Shown: positions 33,741 through 42,800 of the stretch, one piece after another
How positions within the stretch are numbered: the stretch's first letter is position 1
Layout of the letters: each line of letters opens with the position of its first letter
DNA from: a virus
Taxonomy: Duplodnaviria; Caudoviricetes
Length of the DNA: 47,984 nt
IMG/VR virus record: IMGVR_UViG_3300048855_000206
Location: 1 to 47,984 of that record
Reading direction: 5' to 3' (one strand)
Program-made: the position numbers and the translations under genes
The notes under the pieces: model-generated
The model's database searches: none
Seen by the model: the letters and a program-made list of their open reading frames with translations, nothing else
Told to the model about the DNA's origin: nothing

Positions 33741-35030
33741 TCAAGCAGCGCAGGTCAGCTTGCGGATGGCCTCGGCAAGCGTCACCTGACCGCCAAGGCG
33801 GCGGCGGAAGATGAAGCGGATGTTGCCGCCGGTGGCCTGCGTGTACGGGTCGCGAAGCATTTCCATCTGGATGCGGTCGACCAGCGTGTAGGCGCGGGCG
33901 AAGTCGCCGTAAGCGATGGGCACGAGGCCGGCGCCCTCGGACGGCATGTCCGGCACTTCCACGTAGGGGTCGCCGTCGATGGTGTTCGGCTGACCGGCAA
34001 TACCGGGCATCCAGATGTAGTTCTTGTCGCCGTCCTTGAGTTTGCGCACAGAGCCGAGCGTGGTGCGGTTCAGAGCCCAAGTGGCGTTGCGGGCGTAGGC
34101 CGTCTTCAGGCCGTACTTCAGGGTCAGGAGGCCGTTCGCCTGGCCGTCGGCATCGGCGATGGTCGCCGCGGTGCCGGAGTTGTTGCCAGACACACCAGAC
34201 GCGACGAGGAAGCCTTCCGGCTTGCCGACGCCGTTGCCCGAAACGAACGCAGCGCCTTCAGCGACGGCGAACTGCTCGGTCGCCTCGAAGCTGATCTCTG
34301 ACTCCATGTTGAAGGCGGAATCTTCGAGGTTCTGGTTGGAGATGTCGATGAGGGCGTACATCTCGTGGGTCGGGATTTCCCACATGCCGTAACGCAGGCC
34401 GTCGGTCTCCGACTTCGTGCCCTGATCGGCAACCCACTGCGCGGCAAACTGGCCGGTGCGCTTCGGGATCATGACCGACTTCGACGCCGTCTGGCGGACA
34501 CGCGCGAGCGTGCGAACCGGGCTGATGTCGGTGACGCCCTTGATGATCTCGCGAATGTACTCGGCCGGGGCGAGATAGCCGCCGGTCGTGTCGTTCGCAA
34601 TGCCCATCGCCTTGTATTCGGCGGTGACGTCGGCAAGGGCCTTCTGCTGGTCTGCAGTCAGGTTCGGAACGCCGACCGTATGGGCGCCGACGACGGCGCG
34701 AGCCCAGTCGTTGACCTTCGTCTTCAGATCGAGCTTGCGCTGCGCCGGGTCGGACGAGCCGTTGAGCGCCAGGCGGTTAAGCTTGGCCTCGATCTCGTCG
34801 ATGTGGGTCTTTTCGGTCTCGGCGGCCTTCTTGGCCTCGAGAATGGCGGCGGTCGCCTTCTGGTTAGCGTCCTCGAACTTGGCGAGCGTGGCCTCAACCT
34901 TGCCGAGCTTGTCGGTCAGGACGGGATCGGCAACGCCGTTCTTCTTGATTTCAGCAAGGGTAGCGTCGTTGGTCGCCTTGAATTCCTCAAAGGCGGTCAT
35001 GACCTGCTCAAGAGCGGTCTTTTCAGTCAT
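33741..35030 (-). CDS. major capsid protein, HK97 family (with delta domain)
   Basis: Coiled-coil N-terminus; GGYLAP, AEGAAFVSGNGVGKPEG, RKLKDGDKNYIW, YGDF, RRRLGG. Confidence 0.97.
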   Translation of the reverse strand: MTEKTALEQVMTAFEEFKATNDATLAEIKKNGVADPVLTDKLGKVEATLAKFEDANQKATAAILEAKKAAETEKTHIDEIEAKLNRLALNGSSDPAQRKLDLKTKVNDWARAVVGAHTVGVPNLTADQQKALADVTAEYKAMGIANDTTGGYLAPAEYIREIIKGVTDISPVRTLARVRQTASKSVMIPKRTGQFAAQWVADQGTKSETDGLRYGMWEIPTHEMYALIDISNQNLEDSAFNMESEISFEATEQFAVAEGAAFVSGNGVGKPEGFLVASGVSGNNSGTAATIADADGQANGLLTLKYGLKTAYARNATWALNRTTLGSVRKLKDGDKNYIWMPGIAGQPNTIDGDPYVEVPDMPSEGAGLVPIAYGDFARAYTLVDRIQMEMLRDPYTQATGGNIRFIFRRRLGGQVTLAEAIRKLTCAA

Positions 35031-35058
35031 TGTGTGTTCCTTGGGATGATACGCCGGC

Positions 35059-35799
35059 TTACTTGCCGGCCAGGGCTCGAATGCGCGTTGCGAGGCTCAA
35101 GAGATCTTCGCCGCGCTGTTCCGCCGTAGCGTCCTCATCCCGAGGAGCCGTATCCGGCTCTGCATCATCACGGTGCAGCATGCTTTTGAAGACCGCGACG
35201 GCTTTGACACTGTCGGCCCGCGACAAGCCTGCATCACGCAGACCGTCTTCGATTTCGCGGGGATTGAACTCAGATTTCACCGAGACCACACGAGCCTTGG
35301 TGTTCGCCGGGAAGGTCACGAGAGACACTTCCAGTAAATCCACGGCCTTTAGCGTGCGCCGCGGCTCGTCGGGCTGCGTTCGGACGGCCCATTCCTTGGC
35401 TCGGAAACCGATCGACAGGCCGTTATACGCCGGTCGAGGCTTCATCTTGAGCAGCTCGTAGGCTTCCTTGCCGCGCTCGGTGTTGGCAAGCTTGCCCTCC
35501 ACCCAAAGCCCGGTGTCGTCCTCGCGCATTTCGGTGTAGATGCCGATCGGCGTCGAATCCGAGCCGAACATGCCGCCGTGCTGGCTCAGCATGGCGGGCC
35601 AGACGCCGCTGGACTTCGACTTCTTTAGGGTTTCCGCAAAGGCGCCCTTGGCGATCACATCGCCATAGCTGTCTACGTTGCCGAATACCGCGCCGTAGCC
35701 GCTGAATCGCATCTCGTCGGCCGACGAGTCGTCGACCTTGACCTCGGTGAGGCCAAAGCTGAGGCGCTCAACCGGGCCATTGTCGGTCGTTTTGGTCAT
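35059..35799 (-). CDS. prohead protease, HK97 family
   Basis: FSGYGAVFGNVDSYGDVIAKGAF, MLSQH, GLSIGF, LLEVSLVTFPAN. Confidence 0.96.
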   Translation of the reverse strand: MTKTTDNGPVERLSFGLTEVKVDDSSADEMRFSGYGAVFGNVDSYGDVIAKGAFAETLKKSKSSGVWPAMLSQHGGMFGSDSTPIGIYTEMREDDTGLWVEGKLANTERGKEAYELLKMKPRPAYNGLSIGFRAKEWAVRTQPDEPRRTLKAVDLLEVSLVTFPANTKARVVSVKSEFNPREIEDGLRDAGLSRADSVKAVAVFKSMLHRDDAEPDTAPRDEDATAEQRGEDLLSLATRIRALAGK

Positions 35800-37046
35800 G
35801 TCGGGGGAACCTGCGGGGTTTCGCCGTTCGAGGGCTTCTTGCCCGCCACTGGCGCCACATTTGTTGGTTTCGGGAGCTTGGAGGCGTCACCGCCCATCGG
35901 ATTCATGTCTTCAAGTGCGCGGATTTCGTCCTGCGTCATCCATGCCGGGGACCCGCCGCTGCCAAGCGCCTTCGCATAGCCTTCAAAGCGGTCCTTGAAC
36001 GCGCCGCGCTGCAGCGAATTCATGTTGAAACGAGCGCAAAAGCCCTCGTCTTCTTCCCCGTCGAGCAAGTCGTTGTCGATCGACTGCTCCAAACGCTCCA
36101 CCCAGGGCGTTAGGGTGTGGACGACGTGCGCCTGAAACACCTGCTCGGCGCTTGCGAACGTCATCGACTGGCTCGGGTGACCGATCATGGCCGGGAACAC
36201 GCCGAACGCGTGGCATATCTGCTCCACTTGGAAGCGCCGCGTCTCAAGATGCTGGGAATCGACGCCCGTCATCGTCTGCGGGGTCCATTTGAACCCAGAG
36301 TCGATGACGAATGGCTTGTGCTTGTTCGGCCCGCCTACCTGAGCGGCTATCCAAGCCTGAATTTTCTTGTACGCCTCAACATCGATCTTCTGTTCGGTCG
36401 AGTACGTGCCGGACATCTGCAGGCCGTTGGCGTGAAGCTCGCCCTGCGTGTTTTCCGTCGCGATCGTGAGGCCAATCGCCTCTCGAGCGTGCTTTACCGG
36501 GTCCATGCCCATCCACGTGTCCCAAGAAGGGCCGCGGACGTGCCAAATCATGGACTGCGGAAGCTCCATCGAGGAGCCGTCCAGCGCGGAAACGCGATAG
36601 GTGATTGAATAATCGTTGTTGCGGGTGACCGTTATGCTGCCCGGATCAATCGGGATCAGCTCTTTAACCTTGCCGCGGACCATATTCTTGTAGAAATAGG
36701 CGTTTCCGGTCAGTGCAAGGTGCAGGATCATCGTCTCGCGGAGCGCGAAACTCGTCTGCCACTTGTTAGGCTTGCGGTGGAGAACGTTGTAAAGCGGGTG
36801 TTCTACCGCCGGCTCCCAGCCTTTTCCGCCGGGAACTTCCTTCATGACGCGCAACGGCACCTGTGCAATGCCGTTGGCGATCACCCGAATGCAAGCGTAA
36901 ACTACCGAAACGTCTAACGCGGTCTGCCAATTCACCGCTACGCCCGACTTCGGAGTCACCAGGCTGAAGTAATTGTCCCACGCCTGCGAAAAGCTAACGC
37001 TCTTCGCCTCAGTCTTCCGACCGGGCAGCCAATCCCACATGCCCAT
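35796..37046 (-). CDS. portal protein, HK97 family
   Basis: VYACIRVIANGIAQVPL, LTGNAY, ICHAFGV, WMTQDEIRALEDMNP. Confidence 0.97.
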   Translation of the reverse strand: MGMWDWLPGRKTEAKSVSFSQAWDNYFSLVTPKSGVAVNWQTALDVSVVYACIRVIANGIAQVPLRVMKEVPGGKGWEPAVEHPLYNVLHRKPNKWQTSFALRETMILHLALTGNAYFYKNMVRGKVKELIPIDPGSITVTRNNDYSITYRVSALDGSSMELPQSMIWHVRGPSWDTWMGMDPVKHAREAIGLTIATENTQGELHANGLQMSGTYSTEQKIDVEAYKKIQAWIAAQVGGPNKHKPFVIDSGFKWTPQTMTGVDSQHLETRRFQVEQICHAFGVFPAMIGHPSQSMTFASAEQVFQAHVVHTLTPWVERLEQSIDNDLLDGEEDEGFCARFNMNSLQRGAFKDRFEGYAKALGSGGSPAWMTQDEIRALEDMNPMGGDASKLPKPTNVAPVAGKKPSNGETPQVPPT

Positions 37047-37061
37047 ACGGCGATCCTTGAT

Positions 37062-39002
37062 CTAGGTAGCCGTGACGGCTTGTTCGTTAGGGTCCAGCAC
37101 TTGCCAGAAGGACTGCGTGGCCACTTGGGTCTTGTCCGCCGCGGCGCCTACCGCCATCGCCAGCGCAACAGCGGCATCGATACGCACCGAAGCGCGAGTC
37201 TTCACGAACCACCGGTTGCCGTGCGGATCTGGCGGGTGGTTGAAGGTTGAGCCCATCAGCGCGGTCATCAGCACAGGGCTTGACCGCAGCCGTATCCGCC
37301 CGTCGATGATCAGGTTTTCGAGTTCAGCCACCGAGCCAGGCATCCACAGCCCGAGCGGCGGCTTTTCACCGGCTGCCTTGGCTGCCTGTATCTTCTCTTC
37401 GGACGGGCGCGCCCTCACCTTCCCGCCTTGGGGGTGGGGCAGTTGCTCGGCCGTCACGCCGAAGATATCGAGCTCGTCCTTGAACGTCGCATAGGCGTAG
37501 TTGTCGTAGGCGATAGACTGGATCTCATAGAGACGGTCCAGTTCGGCTACCCGCGCCGCGACGATGTCGAGCCGAATCCTCGGCCCCTCGGGCGCATTCA
37601 GGTAAGGCTCGCCTGTATCGTTGCCGTCGACGTCTTTGTGATTGCTGTTGACCCAGATGTCATAGGGCTGCTTGTCAGCCGAAGTGCGGGCCGCAAGCGT
37701 ATCGCCAGGGGTCCATGCCTCAATCCATGCGTCATAGGTCGGCAGATCAGCCGTCTCGCCGTCGGGTCGCGTCACGGTCCGCATACCAGTCGGCGCTACG
37801 CAAGCGACGACGGTCATGTCCTTCGTGCCGGAAAGATCGATCCCGAGGTAAAGCGGACCGCCATCGGGGCGGTCGATCGGGCTCATCACGCTTTCGACCG
37901 TGGCGCGCGACATCCACGCCTTGTCGGCGTCGGTCCAAACGCAAAAGTGCAGTCGAAGAACGTTGTTCAGCTTGCCGGGGACGGCCCGTGCTTCCGCGAC
38001 GACGCCAGCGAGGTATTCCTCGGTCAGAATGGTGCCGAGAAGCGGGTTGGCCTTCACCCAGCACGACGGATCCTCCATCGGATCGTCGTCTTTATCCAGC
38101 GAACAGACATAAGCGAAAACACTATCGCTGCCCGGCCACGTATCACCCACGAAGGTAAATTCGTCGTCGGGGGTCTGCGTGCCTGCAACGACCTTTACGG
38201 CGCGCTCGCGCTCCTCCCAGCACACCGAATTGCGGTCGCTGCCGCTATTCGTGATCATCAGCAGAAGCGGATTCTGCCGAAACTTGAAGCCGCGCTGCAG
38301 CATCTCCATGATGCTGCGGTCCGGATGCTCATGCACCTCATCGCACAGCGCGAAGTGAGGGCGGGGGCCAGAACCGGTCTTGCCTGCTTCCTTGGAAATC
38401 GGACGGAAGAACGACCCCGACGCGTGGTGCGCGATGTTGAACTCTTTGCCGAGCCCGCCGCTGAACTTCAGTCGCTGATTAAGCGCAGGCGCCTGCCGGA
38501 CCATCTTGCAGGCGTCCTGAAACAGGATCGTTGCCTGGTCCTTCTTGGCAGCCGCGGCGTAGATCTGCGCTCCGGCCTCGCCGTCGGCCGTCAGGCCATA
38601 CAACCCAACGCCACCGGCAAACGGGCTTTTGCCGTTTCCCTTGCCTTCCTCGATATAGACGGTGCGGAAGCGGCGGGAGCCGTCAGCCTTCTTCCAGCCG
38701 AAGATCGAACCGAGCTTGAAGGCCTGCGACGGGTGAAGCTTGAAAGGCCGGCCGTCGAACTGGCCCTCGCTTAGACGAAGGCGCTCCTCGAAGAAGCGGA
38801 AGACCCGAGTTGCCGCGGCATCGTCCCACTTAAGGCCGCGGGCCGGGCCATGCGCCACGTCCCTGATATGCCTGCGACAGGCATTCCGAACGTGAGGACC
38901 AGCCACAACGCGGCCCTCGATAACGTCATTCGCATAAGCATCCACCCTGTCCAGCGCCGGCGTCTCGCTAGTCGAGGAGATCGTCTTTTTCTTCGCCGTC
39001 AT
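37062..39002 (-). CDS. terminase large subunit
   Basis: RRFRTVYIEEGKGNGKS (Walker A), DEVHEH (Walker B), LGIDLS, RIDAAVALAMA. Confidence 0.97.
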   Translation of the reverse strand: MTAKKKTISSTSETPALDRVDAYANDVIEGRVVAGPHVRNACRRHIRDVAHGPARGLKWDDAAATRVFRFFEERLRLSEGQFDGRPFKLHPSQAFKLGSIFGWKKADGSRRFRTVYIEEGKGNGKSPFAGGVGLYGLTADGEAGAQIYAAAAKKDQATILFQDACKMVRQAPALNQRLKFSGGLGKEFNIAHHASGSFFRPISKEAGKTGSGPRPHFALCDEVHEHPDRSIMEMLQRGFKFRQNPLLLMITNSGSDRNSVCWEERERAVKVVAGTQTPDDEFTFVGDTWPGSDSVFAYVCSLDKDDDPMEDPSCWVKANPLLGTILTEEYLAGVVAEARAVPGKLNNVLRLHFCVWTDADKAWMSRATVESVMSPIDRPDGGPLYLGIDLSGTKDMTVVACVAPTGMRTVTRPDGETADLPTYDAWIEAWTPGDTLAARTSADKQPYDIWVNSNHKDVDGNDTGEPYLNAPEGPRIRLDIVAARVAELDRLYEIQSIAYDNYAYATFKDELDIFGVTAEQLPHPQGGKVRARPSEEKIQAAKAAGEKPPLGLWMPGSVAELENLIIDGRIRLRSSPVLMTALMGSTFNHPPDPHGNRWFVKTRASVRIDAAVALAMAVGAAADKTQVATQSFWQVLDPNEQAVTAT

Positions 39003-39354
39003 CGGGTAGGGCTACCTTGGTCGCGTCGGCCGGGTTGCCGCCCATCTGCCCAAGGCACTGACGAAGGAGGTTGAGGGCCTGCACACCGACGTCTTGCTCG
39101 GCAATGACGCGGCCATAGATATTGCTCGCGATGGTGAGGTGCGCCCGGTGCGAGCCGTTTAGCCAAGGCAGATCCTTGACCAGTTCCTTCCATGCGGTCA
39201 GGGCTTTGTTGCCGTCCGTATCGCGGACCCAACGGGGCGGCGCGCCAAGAGGCGGCAGGCCCTTAGGCTCGGCGCGGGACTTGAAGCGCTGCGGGTCTTT
39301 TTTGTCCCGCGCCTCGGTCTTGGCCTTAGCGAGGGGCGTCCTCGGCCTAGCCAT
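38968..39354 (-). CDS. terminase small subunit (P27-like)
   Basis: MARPRTP...PPRW...AWKEL...LPWLN...LGQMGGNPADATKV. Confidence 0.9.
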   Translation of the reverse strand: MARPRTPLAKAKTEARDKKDPQRFKSRAEPKGLPPLGAPPRWVRDTDGNKALTAWKELVKDLPWLNGSHRAHLTIASNIYGRVIAEQDVGVQALNLLRQCLGQMGGNPADATKVALPDDGEEKDDLLD

Positions 39355-39359
39355 GGGTC

Positions 39360-39557
39360 ACCTGGGGGTCATATTATGAATTGCGGACACGCGTGTTGTG
39401 GGGGGCGTCCGGTCTGGGCATCGAAAGGCCCCAGAGATCGGACCACCCCCTACTTTCATATCAAATGATATGAAATCAATCATCTGATGCATTCATGCAA
39501 CATCGAATGCATATCTTTTGGTCGGTTTCATACCTTTTGATAGTTTTCATATCATCA
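39360..39557. other. putative cos/packaging region with AT-rich inverted repeats
   Basis: Non-coding gap between HNH region and terS; G-run then GACCG..CCCC on the minus strand; TTTCATATCA-AA-TGATATGAAA palindrome at 39454-39475. Confidence 0.65.
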
Positions 39558-39761
39558 TCACGCGACCGGCCTGAACGGCACGACGTTGTCGCTCGCTCGG
39601 CGCGTCATTAGCTCGGCATTGATGAGCGGCACCGTGATGAAGGCGACCGACTGACCGTCATCGCGAAGCACCACGCTGGCCACGCCCTGCATGGCCACGC
39701 CTGCCACCTCGACGGTGAGCTCGCCATCGGGCTCACGTACGATGACCGTGTTGATCTTCAT
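39558..39761 (-). CDS. small hypothetical protein
   Basis: GAGGAGG SD; MKINTVIVREPDG...NVVPFRPVA. Confidence 0.65.
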   Translation of the reverse strand: MKINTVIVREPDGELTVEVAGVAMQGVASVVLRDDGQSVAFITVPLINAELMTRRASDNVVPFRPVA

Positions 39762-39780
39762 GAGCCTGCGCCTCCTCGCG

Positions 39781-40080
39781 CTAGGTGGGCCAGCCATCAG
39801 CGCTGAAGGCTATGACCGTCTTGCCGTGGTCCTCTAGCTGACCGCGGCTGCTGTGGCAGGGCTTGCACGTGCTGACGAAGGGGCCTGACCAGAACAGATC
39901 CAGGTCGCCACGGTGAGCGACTGCATGGTGGACCTCAGTCGCCGCCGTGACGATGTCCCGCTCGATGCACCATTGGCAAAGGGGGAACTCGCTGAGCTGG
40001 CCTATGCGCAGCGCACGCCAGCGGGCAGTGGAGTAGAGGTGCTTCCACGGGGCAGGCTGCGGGGCGCTAGAGGGCGCCAC
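39781..40080 (-). CDS. HNH endonuclease (HK97 gp74-like packaging cofactor)
   Basis: LYSTARWRALR...PLCQWC...ATEVHH...HRGD..LFW...CKPCHS. Confidence 0.92.
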   Translation of the reverse strand: MAPSSAPQPAPWKHLYSTARWRALRIGQLSEFPLCQWCIERDIVTAATEVHHAVAHRGDLDLFWSGPFVSTCKPCHSSRGQLEDHGKTVIAFSADGWPT

Positions 40081-40152
40081 TGACGCGATACGTGAAGCCG
40101 CCCGAGCAGGCGTCCCGCAGGCGCTTGATGATGCGGTCGATGAGGGTCATGG

Positions 40153-40566
40153 CTAGGCGTAGCGGTAGGGACGGCTAAGGCGCGAACAGGCGGCCTCCGT
40201 GGCCGCAGCAACCTCCTCAGCCAAGGCGGTCATGCCGTCCCTGAACTGCGAGGCATCGATCTCCAGCTTTACGACGAGGGGCTCCACGTCGACGGGATCG
40301 CTGGAATCGACGGATGAAAACACCAGCGCCTCTTCCGGCAGGACGTCGATGTTGACGTCGCCGTCGCTATCGACCCAGGCAATCTCGACCGTGCCGCACT
40401 CGCAGACCGAGATGACCACCATGTCGGGGCCGCCGACGATGAGGCGCACGATGTCGCCGATTTCGAAGGTGTCGTCGGTGAGTGTGGCAACGATGCCGGT
40501 CATGTAGGGGTGTTCGCCCCAAGGCATGGCGCCGTGCTGCATGTAGTCGTCGTAGGACGGGTTCAT
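40153..40566 (-). CDS. DUF2158/YodC-like protein
   Basis: FEIGDIVRLIVGGPDMVV...AWVD...PEEAL; AGAGGA SD. Confidence 0.8.
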   Translation of the reverse strand: MNPSYDDYMQHGAMPWGEHPYMTGIVATLTDDTFEIGDIVRLIVGGPDMVVISVCECGTVEIAWVDSDGDVNIDVLPEEALVFSSVDSSDPVDVEPLVVKLEIDASQFRDGMTALAEEVAAATEAACSRLSRPYRYA

Positions 40567-40780
40567 CGCGATTCCTCTTTCGCTATGGGTGGGGGCGACC
40601 GCGGCCTGACCAGCGCCGCCCAAGGCGTCACACAAAGGTCCGGGTGTCTCGGATGGGTTTACAGCGCGGTCGTGTGGGTGAGCGCGGCGGCATGCCGAAG
40701 CAGAGACCGAACCCGCGCTGTAGAAATACCCGCCGGGGTGCGCCCTGAGGCGTGGCAGGCCTTGTTAGGTTGCGGCGAGC

Positions 40781-41014
40781 CTAGGGCACGCGCGATGCGA
40801 AAAGCAGATCTTCGTGTTCTCTGACGATACCGTCCAGGGTGTTCGTGATCTGCCAGCCAACTAAGGTGCGCTCGCAGCCGATGTGACCGTCATCCTCAAT
40901 CCAGCGCCGATCCGTAAAGATGGCGCAGACTGCAACAGGTCTCTTCGCCTCCATCATTTCCAGCGATAGGGCGAAAAACTCTTCGTGCCCAATAAGCTTT
41001 GCGGGCTCCGTCAC
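40781..41014 (-). CDS. hypothetical protein
   Basis: 77 aa, protein-like composition. Confidence 0.5.
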   Translation of the reverse strand: MTEPAKLIGHEEFFALSLEMMEAKRPVAVCAIFTDRRWIEDDGHIGCERTLVGWQITNTLDGIVREHEDLLFASRVP

Positions 41015-41145
41015 GGTCTAGACTTCCCGCATGCCGCGCTGCCCTGGCTCACGGGCGCCAGAGAAGGCGAGCATGGCGTTGGCGGTGCGGATGATAAGGC
41101 GGTGCAGCAAGCGCATGGTGGTGGCTCCTCGGTGGTGGTGGGAAT

Positions 41146-41170
41146 GGAACGGGCGGCCTAGCGAGGCGTT
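41146..41170 (+). promoter_or_regulatory. EcfG/RpoE2 promoter inside the prophage
   Basis: Exact GGAAC-N16-CGTT, 8 nt before ATG 41179. Confidence 0.75.
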
Positions 41171-41178
41171 GGGCGCCC

Positions 41179-41418
41179 ATGCTTGAGCACTGGAAAAAGC
41201 CGCTCTCTCGACCGCTCGGCCTGCGAGACGGGCAGACGCTCGTGACCCTGCACGACGCGGCGACCTACGTGATATCGGCCGGTAGCGGAGCCCTGAAGGA
41301 CCCCGTGCTCTCGGCAACGTCCGATGCGCTGATGGCAGCGGCGAAGACGGGGGAAGCAGCAGATATCCAAGCGGCCACCGATCAGGTCGGCGTGTTCCTG
41401 GCCGACCGGCGGAAGTGA
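41179..41418 (+). CDS. small hypothetical protein (DUF982-like pattern), counter-oriented moron
   Basis: WKKPLSRPLGLRDGQTLVTLHDAATYV...; near-leaderless start after the EcfG motif. Confidence 0.7.
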   Translation: MLEHWKKPLSRPLGLRDGQTLVTLHDAATYVISAGSGALKDPVLSATSDALMAAAKTGEAADIQAATDQVGVFLADRRK

Positions 41419-41493
41419 AGACCCCGCCGCTGGATCTCTCCAACGACGGGATGAGCGGGCCTTGCTGCCGGGCATACGCGCGAGTCCCCGGCG

Positions 41494-41745
41494 CTACCTT
41501 TCGCGCAAGAGGTCGCCGCTCATTCCTTGACGCTCTCCGTGGGGGAGGGGGGCGCGAGTGCCCCAATGGCGGAACAACAGCGCAGGACCCGAGAAGCCTT
41601 CCATGAAGCCTACCCAGAAGGCCCTGCTCCTCAGCATACGGAAACACGCCTTCGGACATCCGCTGCGCTCAGGTCCGTCGTAACGAAACGCGGCTTCCCT
41701 CTGCTCGGGCGTCAAGCGCGCAAGAAGTCCGGTCGCCTCGTCCAT
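41494..41745 (-). CDS. hypothetical protein
   Basis: GAGGGG SD; MDEATGLLARLTPEQREAAFRYDGPE. Confidence 0.45.
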   Translation of the reverse strand: MDEATGLLARLTPEQREAAFRYDGPERSGCPKACFRMLRSRAFWVGFMEGFSGPALLFRHWGTRAPLPHGERQGMSGDLLRER

Positions 41746-42048
41746 CCCCCTCACTCTCCTCTCGCCCACCCGCACGAGACGGGGAGGGAAATGATGGCCC
41801 CACGAGGCTAGCTAGGTGCACCACCAGCACTCGCACCGTGTAATCACGCGCTGGCTTGCAGTCGCTTGGCGACCACAGTGGCCGGGGCCTAGCTCCTGCG
41901 CTCCCGAGACGGGGAGCGGATGGCTTCGACGCGGCGTCTGCCTAACGGGTTGCGGCCTTGCAAGTCGGCGGGCAGCGGTGGCTTGCTTCCCCGACCCGTC
42001 GCGCTCACGCGCCGCCGCGTCGAACTCTCACGCCGTTGCCGGCGGTAC

Positions 42049-42123
42049 TGGCAAAGGTGGGAGGATTCGAACCCCCGCCGCAAGGTTTTGGAGACCTGCA
42101 TGCTACCGCTACACTACACCGAT
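42049..42123 (-). tRNA. trnW: tRNA-Trp(CCA) with mismatched acceptor stem
   Basis: Cloverleaf with D-arm GTGT/GCAT, anticodon loop CTCCAAA, T-arm GGGGG-TTCGAAT-CCTCC and encoded CCA; acceptor pairs 2-71 and 3-70 and anticodon-stem pair 27-43 mismatched. Confidence 0.85.
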
Positions 42124-42291
42124 GCGTGTTGCCGTTGCCGGCGGAACTGCGACGCCGAGCTCAACCCTCAGGGAGCCCGGCGCCTATCACCCGTCGCCGG
42201 AGGAGGCGGCGCCAGGTAATAAGTGCACGCAACACCAGGGCCTCGGCCGCCACTAAAGGCGGGTCCGGCGAGCTGGCATCGATTGCGTGTT

Positions 42292-42663
42292 TCAAGCCGC
42301 GGCGGCTAGCGCCTGCGGAACGTTGTCGTTGTCGGCCACAGGGGCATCCAGCCCATGACGCGCCCTTGCCACGGCGAGCGGCACCGAGCCGTCGACGCCG
42401 TAGGCCACCAGCACAGCCCTGTCCCGGCTGTGGGTGCGCTCGCCGCTGAGCTGTGAGAGCAGGCCGTTGTTCGCCCAGTCCTCGGGGCTGACGTAGCTGG
42501 CAATGCGCGCCATTGAGGCGCCCTGCCCGTCGAAGCCGCCGAAGACGACGTCGGTCGGCAGATACTCCGATGTGCCAGGCGCAACGCTGCGGGGGCGCTT
42601 GGCGTCATAGCCGTCGAGCGACGGCAGGCGCTTGGCTCGCGCGGGCACGGTCATGATTTCCAT
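42292..42663 (-). CDS. hypothetical protein, first ORF after the late promoter
   Basis: AGGA SD; ~123 aa ending ADNDNVPQALAAAA. Confidence 0.65.
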   Translation of the reverse strand: MEIMTVPARAKRLPSLDGYDAKRPRSVAPGTSEYLPTDVVFGGFDGQGASMARIASYVSPEDWANNGLLSQLSGERTHSRDRAVLVAYGVDGSVPLAVARARHGLDAPVADNDNVPQALAAAA

Positions 42664-42679
42664 TTCCTGCCCCGAACGC

Positions 42680-42708
42680 AAAACGCCCGAAGCTCTGTGC
42701 TCCGGGCG
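42680..42708 (-). terminator. promoter-proximal terminator (tR'-like)
   Basis: CGCCCGGAGC-ACAGA-GCTTCGGGCG-TTTT. Confidence 0.8.
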
Positions 42709-42728
42709 CTATTTCTCATCCTAGCCAT

Positions 42729-42757
42729 ATATTGGCACGAAACAGTCCCCCTGTCAA
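42729..42757 (-). promoter_or_regulatory. sigma70-type late promoter (pR'-like)
   Basis: TTGACA-17 nt-CAATAT directly downstream of the Q-like gene. Confidence 0.75.
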
Positions 42758-42800
42758 TGGGGTCGTTCTATATATTGTGCCTTCTTGGCTATCAACCTAG

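Noticed and set aside
30860-38774. Long plus-strand ORFs (e.g. 30860..32101, 34365..35129, 37428..38774)
   Set aside because: Antisense shadows of well-supported phage genes in high-GC DNA, with no motifs
41938-41975. Twister-ribozyme-like CTGCC-TAA...GCAAG...GGCAG on the plus strand
   Set aside because: The required pseudoknot pairings and conserved GAG could not be formed
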